The notes beneath the pieces are model-generated. The model saw nothing but the letters and a program-made list of their open reading frames with translations, searched no databases and was not told the DNA's origin. Source: Phoronis australis (Eukaryota > Animalia > Phoronida). Taken from it: 64,000 nucleotides of DNA. The position numbers and the translations under genes are program-made. Below, in pieces: positions 1 to 12,500 of the stretch; position 1 is the first letter of the stretch; the number at the start of each line of letters is the position of its first letter. Where the stretch lies: contig NMRA01000645.1 in NCBI GenBank assembly GCA_002633005.1, positions 1 to 64,000 of the forward strand, read 5' to 3'.

Positions 1-106
1 TAGCATAACAAATGAGTAAATTTCATGGTATATGAACACCTGCACAACTCGTTCCGTAATGACAGAATCAGTGATATCGGGTTGACTGTGTTCTTCTTAC
101 CTGTAG

Positions 107-508
107 GGTGTGTACGTGGTTCAGACCCATGCAATAACCCCACCATTCTTAAAGACAGTTGGCGCCTTGAAACAAATGGTATGAACCCAATGATGTGTGA
201 CAAAAACTTGGCAGAAGGCTGGTACCGTTTCCAGGTACCTGGCGGTAACGGTCGCATGCCTCATGTGCCAGACGAGAACAATGCAGACTTTGGAATGGGC
301 AAATGTGGAACTTATCTCCCAGTTATTTTTGTGGGAGATCATCCCAAAGTCTCCGATGGTGTGGTGGAACGACAACAGTGCGTGTCGTATGGTAAACGCT
401 GCTTGTCACGTGTGGACTCTCCCGAGTACAGAATCAAGATTAAAAATTGTGGAACGTTTTATGTCTACTACCTTCGCCCTCTCATTTGCCAACTGGCGTA
501 CTGCGCTG
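107..508 (+). CDS. VWDE: VWDE-like exon: UMOD/GP2/OIT3-type D8C (D10C) domain
   Basis: cttacctgtag|GG acceptor, G|gtaagt donor; [31 protein letters not shown]...[26 protein letters not shown]. Confidence 0.9.
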
Positions 509-3500
509 GTAAGTCACCAGTTTTAGTCTCGTCCCGCCGGATACTTTGTGTTGCTATGTCTCCGTCAGTGGCCACCTTTCAAAATACCGTTCACTGGATG
601 GAGAAAGGCACTCCAAGCCGCTTAAGGGGGCTTTGAACCCACCCTCTCTGAAAATTGTAATTTTGATTTGAACCTCGTTGTTGTATACTAGGTCTCAACT
701 TGTTTTGTTCTCGGATGAGAAATCATTTCTAGTCTTGGGACCGAAAAAATGACCTATCGTTATTCTTTGAGGTCTGACTGAATAAGTTGGTTTGTCATGG
801 CGGATCATTTTATCAAAGCCGGAAAGTTTTCTAGCAAGATCGAATCCTTTGACCAGAAATCAGTCCCCGTTGTAATAAAGAACATATTGGGACCAAATTT
901 ATAACTGTAGACCCAAGTAATCTAAATCAAAAGTCAGTTTTCAGTAGTGGGAACGAACATATAAAGAATGCGGGTTTGGATTGTCCATGGAATGTTTCTT
1001 AACCAGATAATAATATTTGAAAGGTGGTGAAATTTCATATTCTGCACCCTTTTACTTGATATACAATTTTTATTTAAAAAGGAAAATGTAAACAATTAAC
1101 AAGAACTACATACACATGACTATGGTTACAATAGATATAGTACATGTATATAGCAACATTTAGCAGTATACATTTTTTTGTTTCCAAAGTTGATATTCTT
1201 TGTTGGTAGAAGATTTATCATAAGCCAATGAAGCAATGCAGGCGCGTGTAGAAAGTGGCGGGAACGTATTGGCTGATCCCAATGTGCCTGCGTAGGTCTC
1301 ATGTTTTAACGGGTAATTTCCTCTGCACAGCAAGTAACTGTTCAAACTGATTTTACAAAGGCATATTTTCAACGAGACGTATTGAAAATCTTGAGTGCGA
1401 AACCATTTACCCTCTGGTAATGCAGAGATAAAATTCATATGTTGAACATTCTTTAAGCCGCAAAGAAAGTTTTGCAACCGGTCTTATCGGGCGTAGAAGT
1501 AGGCAAGAACGGCGACTTCATGTTTAAGTGTTATCACCAATCAGACGGAAAGGATTACAAGGTCACGTGGTATGCGGATGATGACATCATTCAAGAGGAA
1601 AACATTCAGGGAAGATCAAACGAAGTATCAACACTTCCAGTGAAACTGCTTAACAAACATTTCAATAAAAAGGTGATTATCTCAGTACTACGCGTGTCTG
1701 TGAAATGCATGATGATATGAACAGGATTGCAACAAGTGTGTTCGTTAAGGTTACGCATGTCTCAAGGAAATAGTCCAAATTTGGCGAACGTCGTTACATC
1801 ATATCTCAATAATCGATGATCGAATTTAATAAAACTTTCAGATACTGTGCTTTTATGCATTCTCCTCTAGTGCAATAAAAGGAATTGTTTTTTAAATGCG
1901 CCAATTTTGCATGGGGGGCTATAAAAATATGACATTTTGGCCAAAAACTCGAAGAAAAGATGCATAAAACGAAATGATATACTCCAATAGCGTTTTTGAG
2001 ATATCAACTTGAGCCCTGTGTGTCAAATGATACCGTTGTTTTTTTGTCAGTGAACCTTTGCGTTTTGCTACGTTTATTGAAAAAATATGACCAAATGACC
2101 TAATTAATCAACTTTTTCAGGCTTTCTACTTTCAGAAAATATATAGTTTTACACGGTTAAAGTCTTTACATATAGTTTTGTGGGTGTTTGGCTAAATACG
2201 CAGATTTGTCAAGAGGGTCCTACACAACATTAATTAAGGAAATTTAAGGCATACAATAGACGGCGAGCTGACAAGACTATTACGCAAGCAGATTGCCGTT
2301 TTCGGTTTATAAAGAAATTATACCAGTAACTCAGAAATTTTGATATTCGAGGATCCTTACGTAAGGTACAGAAATCCAATGGCCAAATTCAAGCCACCTA
2401 CGTCCGTTGCTGTATCACCGAAACCTCGTGAAATTTTGCAAACATGTTTCTATAATAGATGGAGACACTTGACAGATTTTCATGAAAGTTGGTAAAGTGG
2501 TAGCAATTAAGGAGACAATGCCGCTCTCTCGTTTTCGAATGGATTCCTTGTATTATCATGGACGGTGCAGCACTGAAATAAGTGGGGGGCTGTAGCCCCT
2601 AGCCTCCTATGGTGCGCCGCCCATGTGACCATAGACAGTGCAGCATTGAAATAAGTGCGGTGGGGCATTAGCCCCAACAGCCGCCTATGGTGTGCCGCCC
2701 ATCATTATACGCCACCTAGATGCCGTTTCATTATTGTTTTCGTGTTTTGTGTATCCCCCTCTATCGATCAAACAACTTTAAAGATGAATATGAAAACTGG
2801 TATATGCGTTCCTACCTATAAGAAGACAGCTGTGGCGCATCCTAATGACACCTTGTTTCTTTTTGCGTCCGCGGCTGTATCTCATGAACCCACTGAAGGA
2901 AATTTGTTATATTTGGTAAGTGTATTTCTATGATAGTGACAACGTATGGTGACGAATGGAATCCGACTACAACTGTGCACCTAGCGAAAATTACGTTTTT
3001 TAACGTTTACCTCTGTATCTCTGGAGTTGCTTAACATTTTTCATGAATTTTGGCAAAAGGTTTTCCAAGAAAAACGATGACATCTTCTCATTTTCGGATA
3101 ACGACCTTTTTATTATTTTCGAATTTTTCCCTGTAGTATATTCGACAAACCCCTCCAAAATTGGCACATTTTCTCATACTCCGTACTACTCCGACTGCTG
3201 TGGCACCAGATAGTGGAAGATTTCTTTTTGTGTTTTTTTTTTGTTTTTTTGTTGTTTCCTCAGTCCGCGGCCTTATCTTTGAAACCTCTGACAGGATCTT
3301 GGTTAAATTTGAATGGTATGTTGTTAAGAAAGTGACCGTTGTCATGATGACCACTTTTGAACAATTCAGATTACTGTTGTGCCTCCTAGTGGCAATTTTT
3401 ACGTTATCCTCAGATTTTTATTAGAGTCTATAACACCTTTCCATTTTCAAATGGATTCGATGTATTGTATGCCATCTAGTGACCACTTGTACTATTTTCA

Positions 3501-6500
3501 AGTCTGGATTTTGGCGTCTTTCTGTATCATTCAAATGATCATTATGAAAATTGGCATTTGTGTTCCTGCTGGGAAAGAAATGGCTGACAATTATTGTTGA
3601 ACGAGTACAACTGCTGTGACACCCTCTAGTGGAAGTTTCTTGGTGGATGTACATGCAAATTGACATGTCTTTCAAATGAGGAAGAGTAAATCTGTTGTTA
3701 ATTTTGTTTTTTTTTGCGTTTGCCTATCTATCAAGTTCCTTGATGGATTTTCATGGAATTTGAAAATGAGTTGCCATCACTTAGACAACAGAACCTGCCC
3801 TATTTGAGATGGATTTGTCCTACGTTGCAACCCGTAGTGATCTTTCTATTATTTTGGGTCCATGGTTATATGTATCTGCCTCTCAATCCTCGAAACGTAT
3901 GAAAGAATTATGATGAAAGGTGGCAGGTGTGTTCCTAATGAGGAGAGCGTTCCTGACTTGACTTTGCACCACCTGAAGGGTGTTATAAAGATACTAACAT
4001 TGCTCCGTGTAGTGAGAATGTTAAAAATAATATCCATCGGTTTATACCATGCCTAAGATGGATGCATGTGAACGTTTCGCGTAGCTCTCGTACACAAATT
4101 GACAGTTGTGAGCAAAGCAACCACCAACTCCTCCATGGAGCAGCCGAACGCTCTACCGCTGAGCCAAATGCACGCGTTAACATGCAGAATATGTCAAGCC
4201 TACTCCAATGGTAAAGACACTGCCCTTGATTTCAGTGGTTGTCCTGCAGACAACGGCGAACATTGGTCATTAGTAATACCGTCACAAGAACATGTGTTGC
4301 TTTATTCCTCTAGCCAAAACTTTAAGAAGTCTGTCCCACTGAATTACAATCACAAAATGCTTTTTTTTCAGCCTCAAATGCAATAATGCCCTTTTAAGGC
4401 TGCAATAGAAAAGTTTCTTTTCAAGTTAAAATTAGCAACATCTCTGAGATTTCCTGCTTCGACCAAAACTAGGCTTCACCTAAAACATGCGTCTTTAAAG
4501 AAAAACCAGAAGGCATGGGAACAGGACGCACCGAGGTGTGAACACAGTACGCAACCTTGCAAGTGTAATCTAACGCTTTCACTAGTAGATTTCTAGGCAA
4601 CCTCAGGCAACTCAGAGACTTTTTGCATGTATTTTCAGTTAACTTGTGCCATCACCGTAGGAAAAGTACAATCAGACAGAAGCCCACCATTCAATTTGGA
4701 ACTCCGCGTAAGCATTTTGTAATAAAGAAGATTCCAATTTGTATCTCATGAAGTAGGACTTCAGTTGTTTGATAAGTTGTAAAATGCTACAAATATTGCT
4801 ATACTGTTGTGAAATATAGAGGGTTCATTACAGGCGTTCCACTTGAGAAAGAGCATACACAATATTGAAAATAGAGTCATCAGTTGGTACCGTCGTTGCG
4901 TTTCTAACTCATTTCGCCAAGCAATCATAGAAATAAGGAGTTACCGTGCAACTCCCACTTTCAGAAGTGTTTGGTTGATTTAGGCTCAAGTAAACTTTTT
5001 TGGCACCGTCACTGTCATAATCATTATGTCACCACCACTTCAATCATCACCAACTCCGTCACCACAACCATTTGCACCTCTGTCTCACCACAACCATCAT
5101 CTCCACCACCACCAACACCACCGCTGACTACCATCAGCAGCAGCACCTCCACCAACACCATCATGTCCACAACCATCACCATCATAATCACCACCACTAC
5201 CACCAGCATCGACAGCATTACCATCCACACTGATCATCGCTGTCGTCACCAAACATGAGTGGTGCTCCTTTGCGTCTGATAGATATCGATACAAAATGGT
5301 TTTAAAGTGCTTGTGAAACAACAATTACGTGTTTTTAAAATCTGCAACTCTTAGTCTAGGTTTCGTAGCGTGAATCGTTCTGTAATGCAAGAGGCGGATG
5401 AAGATGACGTCATTTTAGAATCGACAGTTCCAATCGTGTGCGAATCCGGTGAAGCGTGTGATGTTCAACTGAGGATGGACGATCCGGATAGTAAGTTGTT
5501 GAACATTAAAACGCAATTACAGTAACATATATAAGTCCAGTACACGTGTGCATACATTTTGTGTAATCTATATTAATTTTCCAGGTTTGGTAGTTGCCGA
5601 ACAATGCAATCAAGCACTGAGTCAGATGAAATGGGATTCCAAGGATGGTTTAGCGAGGTTAAGCTTCAAGTTGCAAGCAGTAAATGACTACGATACTAGT
5701 GGGAAAAGAAAGCGCGTCAAAATAGACGCTGTTACGAGCTACAATTTGGTCTTTCCTGGGTTGTCGGTACGAAAGTTTTACCATGTCAAAGAAGAAATTG
5801 AATTAAAAGCGACTCGTTTTTTACGAGATAAGAAGCGTATTGGATGGTGTCCCGGTTTCCTTAGCGCCATGGTATCAGCCTGTTACTCACTCCACAGCGG
5901 GAATTCATCGGATATTAGCCAATGACCTCGCGGTGGCTTTCCACCGCAGTACGCGATTTTATGCAATAACATGTCCCAATTTTCTGCTCAGTTCATAAAC
6001 CAGCATTAGATCTATTTCTGAAGGTCCCCCAAAATTGGCTCAGCAGGCGTAACGAATATCTAACTGACTCATGTTCAAGGTTTTCGTTTTAATAACGAAA
6101 ATTATTATTTTTAGAAAGAAATTATACAAACAGGGATCGAGACTTGTAACCCGCACGGGGATCCGCACTTCACGAGCTTTGAGAACCAGTGAGTGGAAGC
6201 TTTCAGTTCATGATCGAAACTTTTGATATATTTAACTTCACAGGTCTGCGGCATCTTTACTCTCGATAGCTTTGGTTTAAAAAAGATTAGAAAACGTGCC
6301 TTACTCTATATATTTATGGTGTACATGTACAGAGTACAAGTCTAATAATGTGTTAGCAAATGCAAATAATGACCTTCACGGAGGTTAAACATGTTGTTTT
6401 TGACCACAAAAATGTTACAATGACTGAGCTCATATTTTGTGTCCAAGAAAAACAACATGTTTAACGATGACAGAATGAATGTTCATAGCTGGCACCGTTA

Positions 6501-9500
6501 TATAGAATATGAAGTGGAGTAGTTACCTATCGGCGACCTGTTTTGTTTTTGTGGACCTAGCCTTCGACCCTGTCCTGGGCCATTCCTCGGGGTATTGACA
6601 GGAATCTCCGTCAATGTCTACACAGTCACCATGGGGTGGTTCTTGCTGGTTTTCCAACACCGCCTGGTGGCAGTTACTTGAAAGGAAACGATGGTAATAG
6701 CTGGCAATTCTTATCCTCTGTCTGTATTCAATTTTTGTTTATTCTTCGATTTGTTATTTTGTCTGGTGCCTAGATTCCGAGCGATCTGACTCAAATATTT
6801 GGCATGACAGTCAGGACATTCAATCATATGTATCACCCTGCATTTCTATGACTTGTTTTTCGGGTGGACCACGGCACTCCGTACAGTGTAAAAAGGTTTA
6901 TGGTAGGTGACCATCTGGTCTTCTCTGAAGATGTTAGGCAGACTTCCCGAGAGACCGCGAACGTAAGGAACGGCTACGTTGACTCTGGGGTCAGCCTTCG
7001 TAGACACATTGTGGCTGGGATCGAACATCCAGTCGGAGTAGTCATTGTCATGTAACACATGTTTGATTCTTGTCTTTTGCAGATATTTGTCATTTTCTTC
7101 TGTTACTAATTGTCCAGTTTTGTAAAAAAAGTGTACGCACGACTGATCTTTTATTTTGGAGGTGATGATTTGAGCGGAAATTCAGATACATTTCCGTGTG
7201 GGTACGTTTCTGGTATATAGTGACCTTCGTATTGCAATCTCTGATTTCTATGCATACAACGTACAAAACAAATTGCGTTTTATGTCGTATTCAGCGTGTT
7301 GTGGATGGAAAACTCTTTGAAAACAAAACCATATTTAAATTATTCTACTGTGTTTTTAGGTACTACCACAACTATAAAACTGGGGAGTTCACTATGTATC
7401 AAGATGAGGAGAAAGACGTCGAGGTAACTTGCAAGAATTTGAAATTTTTACGGAAACCGTGCATCTAAGGTCCCAACAGGATTGGGAAATTTACAATCTT
7501 CAAGTCAGGTGTGCGTGTGGGGACCACCAAGTCAGCAGAATACGAAGAAACCCGTGATTTAAAACCATGACTTTTTGACTGTTCACGTTTCAATGAATGT
7601 TGGTACCTGAATGGCATCGGATGTACCCAGGCCACATAAGTCGGGCCAAAACACCTGATTTAAAACTCGTAAAAACCCTCTCATCTGTATAATAGTCGTT
7701 AGGCTTTTGTGTCTTGAATCTTAATTTACTTTTCATGGAACACAACCCAGCAGTGTAAACTTTCGTTTTCATTTCAGATTCACGCTGTCCACAACAAGTG
7801 TTACTCTGGAGCCTCGTGTGTTTGTGGATTTACGGCACGGGAAGGGTCTGAAGTTGTGAAACTCGAAGTATGCAACGATGATAGACGTCCGAACGTCGTT
7901 TTAGATGGCAACGATCCAAAAACGCGCGTATTTAGTGACGAGTCTGGAAAACAATACAGGGTAAATTTCTTATAGTTCAATTGGCTTGCTGATTTTTATC
8001 GAAATTATCTGCATGTCATTAGTTGTCTCTCTATATCTAAGTATTGTTTTATCCTGTTATCGGTAGACACGTGGAACATGTACATGTATGAAGGTAAAAA
8101 GTGACCTTAGACATTGCTACTATAGCATGTCCTCCCCACTAGTGGGTGTCAAACTGGGTCTGTATTCACTCCCACTACTCAACATCGCTGCGGGGCTGCT
8201 TACAGGCTCTGGTCTGGAGACAACACCAGCACATGGCGAATCACTAGTTCCTGGAATTGCACGCTCTGGGGTACGTTCGGAGTCGCGGGTGACAGTCGAT
8301 GAAGGGCCTCCCGTAACTGTAGAGGCCACAGCTAGCGAGGCTCCTAGTTTCAAAAATGCACTTCTCGGGGGTGGCAACTATGCATTGCAGGGAATCAACA
8401 GCGGCAGTAATGCACTCTTCTATAAGCGATGTTTTGCAGGAACTTTCATCAATTCCGCGTAGGCCTACATATCGCTTTCGTAATCCAACGGCAGCAAATG
8501 CTTGCCACACAGTCGGTAATTCTCCACTGCTTTGTACCGGTACGTTGCGTGTACGGTAAAGCTGAGTTCTTCGCACGAACGAGCCAAGTACCGCGGAGCG
8601 TGTCATCTTTCGGCATACCCGAAGTGCTCGTGAGACGATAATGAGTACCCCGGTAAGCAGCAACCCTTCGGCATATTGACTGACTCGTAAACCAAGCTTA
8701 TAACAACCGAAGTTAAACGATGACTGATTCGACAGCTCACAGAGTCAGATTATATGAAAACAAAATGAAGGGAAATTGACCTATCGCCTGCCTCCCGTTC
8801 AGTAACGCTAGGACCTAGCTAAAAAGCAAGACTTCGCGAGATTACATGAGATATTGCAGTGTATTTTAAATGAGAACACGTGACTTTGACTAAGTTTTAG
8901 CTAGGTCCTAGCGTAGGTTCTAGCGTCTACTGAACGCACGCCAGGATTTTGAGTGACAGCTTAACTGACCAATTAGAACGCAGAATTCTTGACACACCTT
9001 CGTTTCCAAGTCGCCATTTTAACCGACAAACTACACGTTGCGAGGTAAATCTTATTGTTTTTTGTGGATATTTTGCATGGGGGCGGAGCTTGCGATAGGT
9101 CAATTCTTAACTCCCTAAACGTCACTTCAAGAGTAAGGCACGACTAATTAATAAAATTACGCGAAGCCGTTATTAACTGAAAAATGTGTCTGGGATAATC
9201 AATGAACCGTACTTTCACTAAAATGACATGAAAAAGGTTGCCTTCTTCTTTAAGGCAAAAGAACACCTAAGCCTAAAACAGCAGTGAACTTAACCAATAG
9301 TGCCCAGTGCCCACCAGCATGATGGTAAACGACTTTCATTTCTTTCGTCGGGTTTGGTCAGGACCCTAGTTACAAATGAGGCACTTTGCTGGAGTTTATT
9401 TATCAGTATTAAACTTTAAACCAAAACACATGGGGGTTTAAAAGCCTATGATGAATTGTAGTCGAATGAGCCGGCATTTCAAGTCATACACAATACATAC

Positions 9501-12500
9501 ACCATTTTCAAATTCACCCCCCCCCCCACCCCGCATGAAAAGACATTAGAAAATGTTCGGTTTAAATGTTCTGGGTTTGAATGTTCTGGTTGAGAAAGAG
9601 AATCAAATGTTGTCGCGGTATATAAGCACTATTGCGGATGAGCTAAAGTGACTGANGAGTAACTAAAAGAAACGAATAAAGTTTGTCAACGCAACTTATG
9701 CTCGAGTTCTCCATGTGGCTTTAACGATTTTGTGGATATTTTGCATGGGGGCGGAGCTTGCGATAGGTCAATTCTTAAATCCCTAAACGTCACTTCAAGA
9801 GTAAGGCACGACTAATTAATAAAATTACGCGAAGCCGTTATTAACTGAAAAATGTGTCTGGGATAATCAATGAACCGTACTTTCACTAAAAATGACATGA
9901 AAAAGGTTGCCTTCTTCTTTAAGGCAAAAGAAAACCTAAGCCTAAAACAGCAGTGAACTTAACCAATAGTGCCCAGTACCCACCAGCATGATGGTAAACG
10001 ACTTTCATTCCTTTCGTCGGGTTTGGTCAGGACCCTAGTTACAAATGAGGTACTTTGCTGGAGTTTATTTATCAATTTTAAACTTTAAACCAAAACACAT
10101 GGGCGTTTAAAAGCCTATCATGAATTGTAGCCGAATGAGCCGGCATTTCAAGTCATACACAATACATACACCATTTTCAAATTCACCCCCCCCCCCACCC
10201 CGCATGAAAAGACATTAGAAAATGTTCGGTTTAAATGTTCTGGGTTTGAATGTTCTGGTTGAGAAAGAGAATCAAATGTTGTCGCGGTATATAAGCACTA
10301 TTGCGGATGAGCTAAAGTGACTGAAATAAGTTTTTTCGTTTCGTGGCATGCAAATATTGGGAAAATGCAGCCATTCTAATTACAGTTTATTTTGTTTCCC
10401 CTTCCTAAGATTTTCATGCCGTCGGGAAATCGTATAAACGCACGATTGGAGACCACCAGTTCACTGCGTTTCGACATGAATATTCAGAAAGCCAAGTCTC
10501 ACAGAAAACTACGTGGCACCTGCGTCAAACACAACGACATCTTCCTGGGTCCAAACGACCGCGTCATTCGGCCGAGAAATGCCAAATTTCCAGATGAATT
10601 CTTCGACGCGTGGACGTAAGTTAACGCCAGAAGGCTCCATATTTTTATGAAAATAGTATGATTGACGTTGATGCTACTTGCTTTTGCGGACTGACAATTC
10701 GTTCTCACTTGTTTGAGAAATGAGCGCTGTTCGCTCTTAATTACATGAATACCATGAATAGCAGCTTTGCATATTCAAAGTGATTAATAATTAATCATAC
10801 TATGTTCTTTAAGTCCTGTAAGACAACAAATCACAAAGTGTAGCCTGTGTCCTATTTGATCAACAAACCACGGAAACTCACCAAAAACATGCTGTAATCC
10901 GTGTTTTTTAATGAAGCTAATGAGTCTCAAAATCGCATTTTGGAAACTCAGAATGGATTTTTAACCCAAAGATCTTAATTTTAAGATTCGCACTATCTCT
11001 ACCTCAAAGCGTTGAGTTGCACACATTTCCGGAATCTGTTAAAACTGTAAAAAGTGCATTTCCGACAATTGGGATAACACTCAATGCGTCTACGGCCGGA
11101 AACAATTGCTCACATGGAGTTCACTCGTTTCAGTCTGGAAATTCCGGTTATATAACTTTGCGTTATCGATGATCGGAGACAACGTAAGCAGGATTGAGAT
11201 CAGTAACGATAATGTCTCGCTTGGAAAGCAAGATCTCGCGAGATCATTGCAGTGAGAGCATGCTTTTGGCTAGATGTTCTCGCAGCGAGACAGTCATTGA
11301 CCTCAACCCATGTATGCAAGGTTATAAACAGACGCGAGGAGAACGGCTTGGATGATTGGGTATCATCAAGATTTCCCTATTTCTCAAATTGTTTTGAATG
11401 AAATATTTTATTGTATCATTTGAGCTCTTTTTTGAAAATGGCTTTCTATCTTTAGGAAACCATTACACACATTGATATCATTTATGTATTTACATGTCAC
11501 AGACTGTGTAATGTATGATAAAGTGCTGATTTTTCTTTTGAATTACTGTCTATAATTCAGCGTAGACGGGCTTTGATTATTGTCCAAAGCAGCAACGTGT
11601 TAAAGGCCTCACATAAATAGATGAACAGACTGCAATATCTGTCTCAATTTAAGAACAAAAGAAATGATGCTAACGAAAGACACACGTGAGATTTTGAAGA
11701 AAGCTAAGACCACTTTACACCAAGCGAAGACTCATTGCAAATGCGATGCGAAGGGACGGGTTCAGTGTGGCAAAAACTTTAACTACAAGACGTCTGGAAT
11801 CAAGGTAACACAGAACAATTTGGTGCTGGCTAGAAAAGAAATATGAATAAATAAATAAATAAAAATTTGCCACAGTGAAATAGTCAGCGCCATGCCGTAA
11901 AAGACACGTCGAACAAAAAGACCCCAAAGCCCACCAAAGGCATCGCCATTCCCTAAACAACATTTGCACCTGAATATTGTGTATATACAAATCCCGTTAG
12001 GGGTACAAACAACTACGACCTCGTCAAATTCTGTCCTCATTGAGTCGGTATCATATGCAAGTACCAAATTCGCCCACTCGGTAGTGACCAATTTCAAACT
12101 TCTTGCTACGAACTTGCTCGACATTAAGGGGTAGGGATATATTGCTTATCCTCATTAAAAGAACAAATCCCATGAATCGCGGACAAAATTCAGATGTCTT
12201 TTCCACGGATTTTTTTAGTACGCCAAAATAGAGGGTTTGGGTGAGATCACCGAAAGTTTGAAGCATCAGATGCGTCTGAAAAGAAACATGGACTACAACC
12301 GACATGCTGGTCGAAACGACCTACACTACAGCGACTTTGAAAATGACAAACATGGTGAGTGATTCAATTTATTATTTCGTCGTAGCCGCATGTTGTGAAA
12401 TAAAAAATAATGAACGTTTAAATATTTCAGTCGAAAAAATAATTCAGAACAATCTTTCTGGTCTTTGGAACTATAAATCACAACTTGAAGGTCTCAAAGA

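Noticed and set aside
25-636. 203-aa ORF as a complete single-exon gene
   Set aside because: Only 107-508 is exon; the flanks are intronic read-through beyond clear splice sites.
1210-1312. Possible extra VWDE exon (GC-richer patch)
   Set aside because: All phase-1 acceptors I tested run into stop codons; exon 508 joins 1458 directly.
622-2560. Further TTAA-GG Kolobok-like left ends at ~623 and ~1745
   Set aside because: The interiors look repeat-like, but I could not find convincing matching right TIRs or TSDs.
4870-4915. Hammerhead ribozyme core (CTGATGA / GAAA on minus strand; also CTGATGACGAAA at ~39169)
   Set aside because: No stem II between the conserved boxes in the required order.
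4971-5324. Thr/Pro-rich mucin-like ORF (and Val/Met-rich antisense ORFs)
   Set aside because: Products of a CAC/CAT microsatellite; no splice sites, and the flanking exons join in phase without it.
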